IMG/VR virus record: IMGVR_UViG_3300031629_000006
Span: 1-44,143 of that record
Source: a virus
Lineage: Duplodnaviria > Caudoviricetes
Direction: 5' to 3' (one strand)
Length of the DNA: 44,143 bases
Part shown: piece by piece, positions 16,475-25,638 of the stretch
Layout of the letters: each line of letters begins with the position of its first letter
Numbering within the stretch: the first letter of the stretch is position 1
Program-made: the position numbers and the translations under genes
Notes under the pieces: generated by a model
Told to the model about the DNA's origin: nothing
What the model saw: only the letters and a program-made list of their open reading frames with translations
The model's database searches: none

Positions 16475-17476
16475 CTACTTTATCGCATCAAGTTTTTCTT
16501 CTAACTGTTTAAGCGTCTTCTGCTCATAAATTATACGCGCCTTAATCCTTTTAGAGTTACCTACTTCATTGGATTCAGCACCCATTTTCTCTAGTGTAGA
16601 TATAGTTTGCTTGAGGCTACTAATCTCGGCAGTTAAGTTGTTTATTTTCCTTTGACCTCTACTTGGAAGTGATGGATCTATATTTAATGTAGTGGCGTCC
16701 CCATATGCTAATGGATCAGCGTTGTTAGTTCTCTCTTTAACTGCCTGTGGCTGCGCGTTACTGCCTTGCTGTGGAGTATCAACTTGTGAGTAGAAATCGT
16801 CTATTACAGCCGCACTATCAACACTAACTGGATCAACCGCTGCTTGTGGTGTCATTTGCCCACCGACTAGGCCAGAACCGTAGCCATTACCCTTTAGGTA
16901 CTCTTGCTTATAAGCTTCAAAGGCTTGAGTTCTGCTACCACCAAAGTCTGAGAAGTCTGTTTCATCGTTAGTTGTCCATCCAGCCTGCTCACTAATACGG
17001 CTTTCAGCATACTGATCAGCAGCACTCATAACGTCCTGCGGAACATCAGACATAGAGCCGCTACCAGCAATTTGCACTTTATGAAGTTGACCGTCAGTGC
17101 CTAGTGAGTATGGGTGCTTAACCCCTAAGTCATCCTCAATCATTGTGATTTTAGGAGCTGTGGTTTTTGGTGTTTTTAAAGCTTCCGCTGCAGCATTAGT
17201 CCCAGCTAGGGTACTTGCTGTAGTTGCTCTAGCTTCAGTAAGGGTTTTAGCTGTATCTACAGCATAGCCTTGATTCGTTTTAGCTCGTTTAACTGCAAGC
17301 TTATCTACCCTCTCAGCATTTAGTCGGTCAGTTTCACGATTACCTTTAAGGCGCTGTTTTTCTAGAGTTTCAGCCCTAGCGGCTACTGCGTCAGCCCGCA
17401 GCTTATCGCCCATTGAGTCTGCAGCACCCTGCAAACCACTACTCATTGAAGCTGCTATCAATCCACCGAAACTCAT
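16475..17476 (-). CDS. Putative internal virion/ejection protein
   Basis: MSFGGLIAA N-terminus, Ala-rich helices and a C-terminal coiled coil. Directly precedes the giant protein. Confidence 0.6.
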   Translation of the reverse strand: MSFGGLIAASMSSGLQGAADSMGDKLRADAVAARAETLEKQRLKGNRETDRLNAERVDKLAVKRAKTNQGYAVDTAKTLTEARATTASTLAGTNAAAEALKTPKTTAPKITMIEDDLGVKHPYSLGTDGQLHKVQIAGSGSMSDVPQDVMSAADQYAESRISEQAGWTTNDETDFSDFGGSRTQAFEAYKQEYLKGNGYGSGLVGGQMTPQAAVDPVSVDSAAVIDDFYSQVDTPQQGSNAQPQAVKERTNNADPLAYGDATTLNIDPSLPSRGQRKINNLTAEISSLKQTISTLEKMGAESNEVGNSKRIKARIIYEQKTLKQLEEKLDAIK

Positions 17477-18039
17477 ACGTCACCCCCGTTCTGTACTTCT
17501 TGTGGCTGCACCTGCTCCTGCGCACCACCTTGCTTTAATGATGCTTGCTGCATTTGTCGTATCGCTTGCATAATAGCTGCGTACTCCTGACTTTCTTCGG
17601 GAGTAATCGCTTCTTTTTGTAATTTATCATCAGCTAATGACACTGCAGCAAAGAATGACTCCTCAATTAGTCTAGGGTCTTTGTCAATTACGCCCGCCTC
17701 AGTCAAAATCTCCGCTAGAGCCTTAGTTAGCTGGATCATAGACATTAGCATTACATCTGGATCAACCTTCTTGCCTGCTAGCTTTATACTATTAACGGCC
17801 ATAATCATAATACGAGCAAGAGTATCCGCCATTTCCTTTGGGCCGCTAGCACGAACAGAATCAACAATAGAATCTGCTGATTTATATAGTAGATTAACCA
17901 TTTGGCTAGAGATAATTTTATATGCCTCTTTCTTATTGCCATTATTTGCTTGTGGCGATTCCTGATCTACTACTTGTTCTGGCGCGGATTGCTGTGGAAT
18001 TTCTTCGACCGCCATCGCTTGATTAATTAGACCGTTCAT
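17473..18039 (-). CDS. Hypothetical helical protein of the ejection cluster
   Basis: 188 aa, Met/Gln-rich, with an ATGA overlap to the next gene. Confidence 0.65.
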   Translation of the reverse strand: MNGLINQAMAVEEIPQQSAPEQVVDQESPQANNGNKKEAYKIISSQMVNLLYKSADSIVDSVRASGPKEMADTLARIMIMAVNSIKLAGKKVDPDVMLMSMIQLTKALAEILTEAGVIDKDPRLIEESFFAAVSLADDKLQKEAITPEESQEYAAIMQAIRQMQQASLKQGGAQEQVQPQEVQNGGDV

Positions 18040-18048
18040 AATAATTCC

Positions 18049-19374
18049 TTAAAATTTGTATTTGCCGAATATGTCGGTATATGCAGAAATACCTTCGTAG
18101 TTTGAAGTAGAGTCTTCAGTATCTTCAGGCAGAACAGCAATATCAGCAGACCCGCCATCGTTAGAGTTATTATCACCTGAAGAATTATTTTGATTATCTC
18201 TATTATTTTGTGCCGTAATGACTGTTTGTTCAGCACGGTTAAATTGATCTTTCAAAGAGCCGCTTTTGCCAACGTACCTAGATAGCAAGCCTGCTATTTT
18301 AATTGGTGGGAACAGACCACCCGCAATCCCTTCAAGAATCTTCCGTCCCATGCCAGGGTTTCTCAAAGCATCAAAAACTTGCTTAGCTTCAGGAGAGAGA
18401 TCCTGATAAGCCTGATAAGCCTCTTGCTCAGTCTCATACCCCAAGTCTTTGAACTGGGATAGGTCGATATAATTGGTACTTATGTCGTCAACTGGAACAC
18501 CGTTAGAAGATCCTACTTGCGTATCTTTGTTGTTAGTGGATTGAGTGCTAATGTCATCAACTTGAACGCCATTAACTACAGTCGTGTTTCGGTCATCGTT
18601 AGTGTCTAAGCCTCCACGCATATAAGCATCTGCATCACGCTTAGATATTGAACTTGTGGTTATCTCGTCAAATACATTTCCAAAAACGTCTTCTTTATTA
18701 ATCCCTCTACGTTCATTATTTTCCTGAATTTTAGTTATATCAGCCTGTAATTCTAATTCACTAAAATTCTGATCTGAGTTATTAGCAGCAACCTGGCTAT
18801 TATGCTCATTACCTTTAGAGTCATAATAAACTTGACCTTGATACGGCGTTGTCACTGCGGTTGATGGCATTACCCCAATTGGATTTTCACTTACAGTGTT
18901 AGCTATAGTTGTATTAGCTGCCTGAGATTGATCAGCGTTATTTTGATTTATTCGATCTGTAATCTTCGACCCTTCAGTAAGCATCCGTTTCGATTCAGCC
19001 TCAATAGCAGCGTTTTCAGCCGCCACGGATTTACGTCTATTAATAATACCCTCTGACCGCACTTTATCCGCTTGAGCTTTAAGTCGCTTAGCTTCGGACG
19101 CTTTACGCTTTTGAGCCTCGCTTGCTTTAGCCGCTTCATTGATCAGATTTAATTCAGCCATTTTGTCAGCTTCGTTTTTAATAGCGTTATTTTTCGCTAA
19201 GGCTGCTGCTCTGTTTTCAGCTTGAGATGGCCCTGGGGAAAGATCCCTTCCAAAGAAGCTACCCCTGCCATTACCATTCCCGCTACCGCCAACATTATTA
19301 CTAACGCCTGCACCATTAAGCGATCCACCACGACTTAGGCCGACCAAATTTCCTGAACTATCTCTTAACGCCAT
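18049..19374 (-). CDS. Putative ejection protein
   Basis: Gly/Asn-rich N-terminus, coiled coil, NGV(Q/P)VDDIST twice, and a hydrophobic hairpin near the C-terminus. Confidence 0.55.
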   Translation of the reverse strand: MALRDSSGNLVGLSRGGSLNGAGVSNNVGGSGNGNGRGSFFGRDLSPGPSQAENRAAALAKNNAIKNEADKMAELNLINEAAKASEAQKRKASEAKRLKAQADKVRSEGIINRRKSVAAENAAIEAESKRMLTEGSKITDRINQNNADQSQAANTTIANTVSENPIGVMPSTAVTTPYQGQVYYDSKGNEHNSQVAANNSDQNFSELELQADITKIQENNERRGINKEDVFGNVFDEITTSSISKRDADAYMRGGLDTNDDRNTTVVNGVQVDDISTQSTNNKDTQVGSSNGVPVDDISTNYIDLSQFKDLGYETEQEAYQAYQDLSPEAKQVFDALRNPGMGRKILEGIAGGLFPPIKIAGLLSRYVGKSGSLKDQFNRAEQTVITAQNNRDNQNNSSGDNNSNDGGSADIAVLPEDTEDSTSNYEGISAYTDIFGKYKF

Positions 19375-19377
19375 GCT

Positions 19378-19683
19378 CTAACCTCCCATCTGATTGGCTA
19401 GAAGCCCTTGAGTTAAAGTGCCTCCATCTGCCGTTAGATTCTTAACGTACCCGCCAATGCCTCCATATTGAGCGTAGTGTCGATTGTCCGTTCTGCGCTG
19501 ACGCAACTCCTCTAACTCCCTATCGCTTTTGCTTTTCTCTTGCGCGGCTAAATACGCAACGGCTCCCTTACCAAGACCACTGGCAAGACCTGCAGCAACT
19601 TCAGGGTTTTTTCCAAGCCATTTAAATGACTCGCCTACAACCTCACCACCCCAGTCCCATAATTCTTCAAAAAAATCGAACAT
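19378..19683 (-). CDS. Small putative ejection/pilot protein
   Basis: Amphipathic Trp/Phe N-terminus and a Gly/Ala hydrophobic segment. Confidence 0.55.
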   Translation of the reverse strand: MFDFFEELWDWGGEVVGESFKWLGKNPEVAAGLASGLGKGAVAYLAAQEKSKSDRELEELRQRRTDNRHYAQYGGIGGYVKNLTADGGTLTQGLLANQMGG

Positions 19684-19760
19684 AAAATCACTTCCTTTTT
19701 AATACGTTATTGATCGGACTATCACTACCGTCCACATCTTTTCTAGCTGCCTTAGCTAAC

Positions 19761-21071
19761 CTATGTTGAAATTGTGTCTAGCGTAGTCCAACCTTGCTCC
19801 CAAGATGGGGTCTCTTCATAAAGTGTCTTCGTCTTAGTGAGGTGTAGAGTTAATAACGTAGCCTGATCAGCTAGCATTGTGGTCTTATCCTCTCCAGAAA
19901 TTGTGTTAGAAGTTTGAATTTCGTTAACCGATATTGCACTTTGCTTCATAAGATCATTAGCTGCATCCAAGTAACTACCTTGAGTGTTGGCATATACTTC
20001 AGCGTCAATAACGCCAATGTCTAAAGCTGACTTCGTTTTCGCTAATTCGAGGTCATTTTCATGGCCTAGAGTTTTTGCTTCTGCCTCCAATTTACCCTGC
20101 AAATTAGTGTTAGCCGTATTAGCTGCCGCTAAGGCTGTTGCCGCTGTTTTAGCGTCCGCCGTCCTTTGTGCTGCCGTAAGAGTTTCTTGTGCTCGTTTTG
20201 CATTACTTTCAGTTACTACCGCTGCTGCTGCTAGCGCATCCCGAGATACAATAGCTGCTCGGTTTACCGCCTCACGAGCTACTGTATTCGATTCAGATAA
20301 CGCATCACGAGCCACTGTATTCGATTCTAATAGCGCATTCCGAGCTTTAGAATTGGATTCCAATAACGCATCACGAGATACGGTATTCGTTTGCGATAAC
20401 GCGTCACGAGCTACGGTATTTGACTCCAGTAACGCATCACGAGATACGGTAGCTTCTCGGCCTAACTTGCTCTCAGAGGCCGCGCCTTCTCGGCGTAACT
20501 CACTTTCACTAGATGTAAAGCCTTGCTGGCTATCCTGAAGTTCTGTCTTAAAGTCTCGGTCTAAAGAGGCTTGGCTGCTATCGTGTTCCTGAGAGCTTTC
20601 TTGCACCGCTAACTTACTTGCTAAGTTCATGCCAATTAAGCCCTGACCAGCATACTGGCCAGTACCCGCTTGTTGACTGAATAATTGGTCGTTCAACCCG
20701 TAACTATTATCAAAGCCCTGTTTGCTTAGGGCAGAATCGGTGCTGTATTTATTAGCAGCAGTTGCGAATTGATTCTCTGCAGCCTGGTTGGTCAAATCTT
20801 GCTTGCTGTACGTTGATGCGTCTGCTTGAGCTATCGGCGTAGCGTAATTGAACATCGCCTCTTGCCCTGCTTGTACCCCCATAGACGAGTTAAGCAGGCC
20901 ACGCTTATTAGCGGCTTGTGCCGCACGGGTTTTAGCTCGCTCAAGCATGGGATTGCCCGAGGAGAATATATTATTAAGCTGCCCCTGAACCGTTGAGTTC
21001 GCATTCACTTGACGTGTTATAGGCGAATTAAGGTTTGGTTTAGTAGGGTAAGGTAATTGACCAAGAGCCAT
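19761..21071 (-). CDS. Putative ejection/DNA-pilot protein with 11-residue repeats
   Basis: RGLLNSSMGVQAG motif, Gln/Ala/Asn-rich helices, and TV(S/A)RDAL(L/S)ESN repeats. Confidence 0.65.
   Translation of the reverse strand: MALGQLPYPTKPNLNSPITRQVNANSTVQGQLNNIFSSGNPMLERAKTRAAQAANKRGLLNSSMGVQAGQEAMFNYATPIAQADASTYSKQDLTNQAAENQFATAANKYSTDSALSKQGFDNSYGLNDQLFSQQAGTGQYAGQGLIGMNLASKLAVQESSQEHDSSQASLDRDFKTELQDSQQGFTSSESELRREGAASESKLGREATVSRDALLESNTVARDALSQTNTVSRDALLESNSKARNALLESNTVARDALSESNTVAREAVNRAAIVSRDALAAAAVVTESNAKRAQETLTAAQRTADAKTAATALAAANTANTNLQGKLEAEAKTLGHENDLELAKTKSALDIGVIDAEVYANTQGSYLDAANDLMKQSAISVNEIQTSNTISGEDKTTMLADQATLLTLHLTKTKTLYEETPSWEQGWTTLDTIST
20220..20450 (-). repeat. 33-bp coding tandem repeat, about seven copies
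   Basis: TVSRDALLESN / TVARDALSQTN / TVSRDALLESN / SKARNALLESN / TVARDALSESN / TVAREAVNRAA / IVSRDALAAAA. Confidence 0.9.
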
Positions 21072-21138
21072 TTTGTCTCTCCATTGTGTTATTGGTTACT
21101 AATAATTTGATTAAGGTAGTTGTTGATTCAGGAACGCT

Positions 21139-21609
21139 TTAAGGTTTTTTAAATATTCGAGTCCCGCTAGCAATGGTAGTTGCCCCGCTAGGTCGTGATG
21201 CAAACCACCAACTTGTCGCCATGGACGCTAGGTTAACAATCGACAGCATTATCATTTCATACAACGCTAGCGCCGCTACAGGATCAACACTCTCAAGACC
21301 GCCTGTGACATTCTTCAACACTACAATAAACTGCCAAACGTACCAGTAAAGTACACCAGTGATAATCGGCCTTACTGCTGACTTAATTGCGCCTGAGAAG
21401 CTACCTTTAGTTTTCTGTGATTCCTCAAAAGCTCTAGCTTCTGATGTTTGCTGACTAGCATTCGCGTTTGCTTGAATTAACTTTAATTCATATACCTGAT
21501 TCTGAGCGGCAACAATTCGGTCTTCACGCCTGTTCAGCCACCCAAAGAAACCACCGACAACACTGCCTGCGGTTGATGATGTGATAACCGACAATAAGCC
21601 TGCAATCAT
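21139..21609 (-). CDS. Holin-like 3-TM protein (GTA-holin-3TM-like pattern)
   Basis: Hydrophobic N-terminus, coiled coil, VRPIIT TM and WWFASR motif, in the lysis cassette. Confidence 0.65.
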   Translation of the reverse strand: MIAGLLSVITSSTAGSVVGGFFGWLNRREDRIVAAQNQVYELKLIQANANASQQTSEARAFEESQKTKGSFSGAIKSAVRPIITGVLYWYVWQFIVVLKNVTGGLESVDPVAALALYEMIMLSIVNLASMATSWWFASRPSGATTIASGTRIFKKP

Positions 21610-21818
21610 TACTTGTTACCTCCTGAGTTGACGTATATGGTGAACCAACCTGCGCCAGCCGCTAAGATAGCAGCGACAAAGCTAGCTTGTTGAGTGCTTG
21701 GGGCTAGTAAGTGCATATACCAATATGAGGAGTCGAGCAGTAAGAACATATAAGCAAGCATCATCATGCGAGGCACAATTCGTAACTCATTCATGTGCTT
21801 TGCAATGTTTATGATCAA
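21609..21818 (-). CDS. Small 2-TM holin-like membrane protein
   Basis: RIVPRMMMLAY...WY...PSTQQASFV pattern. Coupled to the endolysin. Confidence 0.55.
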   Translation of the reverse strand: MIINIAKHMNELRIVPRMMMLAYMFLLLDSSYWYMHLLAPSTQQASFVAAILAAGAGWFTIYVNSGGNK

Positions 21819-22234
21819 TACTCTCCTGATCTAATTATCTCTGCGATAGTGATGGCTCTTTGGCCTACTTGTGAGGCCCATCTACTATCCAAAAACTCCA
21901 CGGCTGCAATCTCATAATGCCCTGCTGACATAGCTGCTAAGGCTTTCTTAAACTGCCTCAATCTTGGCAATCCAATGTTGAAACATATGTCAAGCATAGC
22001 GTCTTTTCGCGGCACATTGCATTTTTTAAACCATTCAAATGCTTGAGTTAATTCGGCTTCAACACGCTTTACGTCATTGGCTAAAAGGTAGTTAATTTCA
22101 TCGTCAGATAATCCAATACCGCCATCTGAATCTATGTTGCGACCTACGCCAATTGTGGTTTTGTTTGCTGTACATTTGTATGCGTGAGTTTCTACGCCCT
22201 CATGGCGTCTTAGCATTTCGATAATCATGCTCAT
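21815..22234 (-). CDS. Endolysin, GH24/T4-lysozyme-like muramidase
   Basis: HEG.....YKC....TTIGVGRN gives the E-8x-C-5x-T triad. Also FNIG, FKKALAA and DSRWASQVGQRA. Confidence 0.92.
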   Translation of the reverse strand: MSMIIEMLRRHEGVETHAYKCTANKTTIGVGRNIDSDGGIGLSDDEINYLLANDVKRVEAELTQAFEWFKKCNVPRKDAMLDICFNIGLPRLRQFKKALAAMSAGHYEIAAVEFLDSRWASQVGQRAITIAEIIRSGEY

Positions 22235-23403
22235 GCTGCCGCCTCTAACTGGCCGATACCTACTTTGTGGCGTTGAATTTCTCCATGCTGCTTGTCATAC
22301 ACGATTGCGCTCATAGTCCGTTTAGCGCCATATCCTGAATCCGAGTGCCATGCGTCTGGCGCTGGCAGAGCTTGGAATGTTTCACAAAGCATTCCCCCAA
22401 TTTCAACGGCAGTGTGATGATGCACATGGCCCATAAGAAGGTGCTTATGCGGTAGTCCCCAGTCTTTAGCTAATGACCTGGCTACATACTCAAATGCTCT
22501 CTGCGGCTTCATACGGTCGCCGTGGTGCGTTACAAGAAGGTTATTGCCGTAGGTAAGATTTTGAAACTTGTGGGCATTATCCATAATCGTTACTCGCGGC
22601 TCACTCTCGTAGAACCCCTGCAACATGACGTTAATAACCCTAGATGTGTTGTCGTTGTGATTTCCGCGAACCATCATTACGATGATGTTGTTATGGCTTT
22701 CTAGCATCATCTCAATAGACTGACGGTATATTCTCTGGCAAGCGGCTATCATTTCGCCATAGTCGCCATCCATATCCATGTGGTTATTGCCTGACGTGGT
22801 GGTTCCAGCTTGGTTATCAAAGTGCTGGAAATCACCTAAATCAAGCAATAGAGCCGTATCCGATCCGCCCGTAGCTTTAATTAAAGAGCTAACCGCTTCA
22901 AGCGTTACTGCTTCTGCTATTTCTAGCGTCCATTCTCCCTCGCCTTTGTTTCGGCTATTGGAAACTTTCATGCCTATATGAGCATCACCTATAACAATCG
23001 CTGTAAGCTGCTCAGGTAGGTCTTTAATGGGCTTTCTTGGAGTAGGGTTATACTTAGGCAGATCTTCCATTAAACCATCTGCAAAGGCTTGTAAGGCGGC
23101 TTCTTGGCTTTCTTTCTTTAAATCACTTTTAACCCACTGACGTATAGGTTTGCCGTCCTCATCGTAAAACGTGCTCACTCCCTTAACGATGTGAGTATCA
23201 GGGACGCTATGAACATAGTTATGCTGGGGCGACCAGCCTTGCTTCGCTGCCTGTTCCTTGGCTCGTTTAAGTGTGCGCTCTAGTCCTCGATGATTGATCC
23301 CTAAAGCTGTAGCTGCCTTTGCTTGAGAGCCGTATTTGATAACAGCGTCAATGATCTGACACTGCCTTGGAGTTGCAAACTCTTTAAGATTCTCTAAATC
23401 CAT
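22231..23403 (-). CDS. Calcineurin-like metallophosphoesterase with N-terminal HTH
   Basis: GDAHIG, GDFQH, RGNHN, HHGD and GHVHH. N-terminal SQAKAATALGINHRGL HTH. Probable start is 23403 (TGATG overlap). Confidence 0.85.
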   Translation of the reverse strand: MDLENLKEFATPRQCQIIDAVIKYGSQAKAATALGINHRGLERTLKRAKEQAAKQGWSPQHNYVHSVPDTHIVKGVSTFYDEDGKPIRQWVKSDLKKESQEAALQAFADGLMEDLPKYNPTPRKPIKDLPEQLTAIVIGDAHIGMKVSNSRNKGEGEWTLEIAEAVTLEAVSSLIKATGGSDTALLLDLGDFQHFDNQAGTTTSGNNHMDMDGDYGEMIAACQRIYRQSIEMMLESHNNIIVMMVRGNHNDNTSRVINVMLQGFYESEPRVTIMDNAHKFQNLTYGNNLLVTHHGDRMKPQRAFEYVARSLAKDWGLPHKHLLMGHVHHHTAVEIGGMLCETFQALPAPDAWHSDSGYGAKRTMSAIVYDKQHGEIQRHKVGIGQLEAAA

Positions 23404-23678
23404 CACGAACCCCTCAACATAAACGCTACGCTCGACACTAATGCCACGATAAGGATGCGAACAAACCACTCGTTTGAATTGCTGGTTTTACCCTGCAAAG
23501 CGATTGCAATTTTATTAGCATCAATCTCTCCACTGTGCTTATTCAATCGCCTGTCTTGGGTATTGTTGTGCTCCTCCAGTGTTTCGATTTTTGTGCCATG
23601 CTTTATAAGCATTGACATTGCATCTGCGAGCTTGTCTATTTTTGCTTCCAGTCTGTCAAAACGCGCATCAGCCTCCAT
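23403..23678 (-). CDS. Coiled-coil protein with C-terminal TM anchor (lysis-associated, XhlA-like architecture)
   Basis: Heptad N-terminus and a WFVRILIVALVSSVAFML TM segment. First gene of the lysis block. Confidence 0.65.
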   Translation of the reverse strand: MEADARFDRLEAKIDKLADAMSMLIKHGTKIETLEEHNNTQDRRLNKHSGEIDANKIAIALQGKTSNSNEWFVRILIVALVSSVAFMLRGS

Positions 23679-23852
23679 CAGTCTTCCTTTTCTATAAGCA
23701 GCACTAAAACCGCAAAGCTGCGTTGGTATATCTATTAATAGGGTAAGTGCATCTACTTAGGCCGCTAGTGCCTTGTAGATAAGTTGGTTATAAATTACTT
23801 GGTTTAAGTGCTAGGCTTATCTCTAGCGTGATAGCTAAGACCCTGGCTTTAT

Positions 23853-24185
23853 TTATACAGGTAGATTAAAAGTGATCCACGTTAATGTGTCTTCATCCCA
23901 CTCCGTATCTTCATGCGCCTGCGTCACTGGAGCTTCCCACTGACACGTTGACTCAATAAGCACCCAGCTTGGGTATGGCTTAGGTGCTATAAAAGCATCT
24001 CTTACAGGATCATAAGTAAAGCCCATACTTGCATTGTTCTTATAGAGACTACTATCTGATGCAAGCCATGTGCCGCCAAGTAGTGACGTACAGAAGTCTA
24101 TACCGTTTACATCCGTTAACGCTTCATCAGCAACTACAATCACTTGAGTTACTACGTTGTTTTCTAACTGTGCGAAGTTTGCCAT
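23853..24185 (-). CDS. Small acidic partner of Gly-rich tail adhesin
   Basis: MANFAQL..N.VTQVIVV...YDPVRDAFIAPKPYPSWVL...CQWEAPV pattern. Coupled to the Gly-rich gene. Confidence 0.65.
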   Translation of the reverse strand: MANFAQLENNVVTQVIVVADEALTDVNGIDFCTSLLGGTWLASDSSLYKNNASMGFTYDPVRDAFIAPKPYPSWVLIESTCQWEAPVTQAHEDTEWDEDTLTWITFNLPV

Positions 24186-25123
24186 TATGCTGTGTAACTC
24201 CCTGAGCCAGTGAACATGATTATAGTGTCAGTACCTGATGTGGTTATCGTTGGGGAGCCTGTGTGGGTTCCTGTGTAGGTTGAGGTTGCTATACGTAGGA
24301 TTACTGTGCCTGATCCACCCGTGCCTCCATACCCTGTGCTATACATACCACCGCCGCCACCTGAGCCTGTGTTAGCTCCACCGTAGCCACCATGTGAACT
24401 AGTTGATCCGTTCTGTCCTGCATTAATACCACCTGATCCAGCCACGCCTCTTTCAGTAGTATTATCATTACCACCACCACCCCCGCCGCCTAGACCACCC
24501 GCCGCCGAATATCCTGTGGAATATAAACTACCACCACCACCTGCGGCCCATCGGTATGATGTACCAGTGATGTTAGAGGATACGCCTATACCACCAGCAC
24601 CTGCATTATTACCAACAGCATTAGCACCTACAGCAGCTGAACCACCACCACCTGCGGCTTTATAGTTAGTGGAGCCAGATGCACCGCCTGCATAACCTTG
24701 CCCTGCCATACCTGCGGCACCTACTGTGTTTGTAGGATAGCCACCAAAACCTCCGCCAGAGCCACCAGATGTAGGGGTTATATTATTATAACAACCACCT
24801 CCGCCGCCACCATTAGTAGATACAGTAGTTATTCCTGATCCTGATAGGGTTGAGCTTGAACCTGATCCACCTTTAGTGGATGCAGTTCCTCCAGATCCAC
24901 CTGTGCCTACAGTGACCGTATATACAGATCCTGCTGTCAGCGTAAGGGCTGCTTGTGCAGAAGCACCACCTCCTGATACTGAACCCCAAGAAGTACGCAA
25001 TCCGCCAGCACCACCCCCGCCTCCCATTCTACCGCCACCTTGACCACCACCAGCAATAACAAGGAAGTTAGTTGTATAGTCTTTTGGAGTACCACCACCC
25101 ATCCTCATTCTATTGGCTATCAT
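24185..25123 (-). CDS. Glycine-rich tail adhesin-like protein 3
   Basis: FLVIAGGG.GG....GGGGAGG at the start, many polyglycine tracts, and GGSGTVILR near the end. Confidence 0.75.
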   Translation of the reverse strand: MIANRMRMGGGTPKDYTTNFLVIAGGGQGGGRMGGGGGAGGLRTSWGSVSGGGASAQAALTLTAGSVYTVTVGTGGSGGTASTKGGSGSSSTLSGSGITTVSTNGGGGGGCYNNITPTSGGSGGGFGGYPTNTVGAAGMAGQGYAGGASGSTNYKAAGGGGSAAVGANAVGNNAGAGGIGVSSNITGTSYRWAAGGGGSLYSTGYSAAGGLGGGGGGGNDNTTERGVAGSGGINAGQNGSTSSHGGYGGANTGSGGGGGMYSTGYGGTGGSGTVILRIATSTYTGTHTGSPTITTSGTDTIIMFTGSGSYTA

Positions 25124-25635
25124 TGCATGTCAGCCCCAGCAGTAAATCCGTACCAAGTAGTACCTGCATCAAGTGTTATAAAGGAGAATATGTCTACACC
25201 AGCAGCAGTTAAATCAGGCGCTGTGCCACCTGCCCAATCGACTGACGTAGGCCATGTGATTACTGGAGTAGCGCTTAGTGTTGCAATTAGAGTGAATGAT
25301 CCCGCCTTACCAGAAGCAGGAGGGTTAGAGAAGGTTAGGGTCTGTGATCCAGCAATAGACTTGGTTTGGACATTGCCTAATGAAAGGTCAACATCGTTAG
25401 CTGCCATTGCTTGAATTGTCTCAGAGTAATCTTTAATCTCAGGACGCTCTAGTACATTATCTGCTAGGTTCAAGGATGCTGATCGTGTCTCTGCTACGTC
25501 CGTCTTTGATGTTTGAGCATCATAAGATTGTACTGTAGATCCTATATTGGAATCAGCCAACCTTGATGACAGTTGTGTTTGTACGTTAGAGGATACACCT
25601 CGCATGTATTCTACAAAATCTCTTGCTTTAGACAT
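25120..25635 (-). CDS. Short secondary tail fibre/adaptor
   Basis: MSKARD N-terminus, IGSTVQSYDA, and C-terminal ITWPTSVDWAGGTAP...DIFSFIT.DAGTTWYG fibre-tip domain. Confidence 0.7.
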   Translation of the reverse strand: MSKARDFVEYMRGVSSNVQTQLSSRLADSNIGSTVQSYDAQTSKTDVAETRSASLNLADNVLERPEIKDYSETIQAMAANDVDLSLGNVQTKSIAGSQTLTFSNPPASGKAGSFTLIATLSATPVITWPTSVDWAGGTAPDLTAAGVDIFSFITLDAGTTWYGFTAGADMQ

Positions 25636-25638
25636 TTG

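Noticed and set aside
19984-20538. 184-aa + strand repeat ORF
   Set aside because: It is the antisense reading of the 33-bp repeat tract of the 436-aa gene.
23404-23469. N-terminal extension of the metallophosphoesterase given in the ORF track
   Set aside because: It overlaps the upstream gene. ATG at 23403 has a GAGGG RBS and TGATG coupling, so it is the better start.
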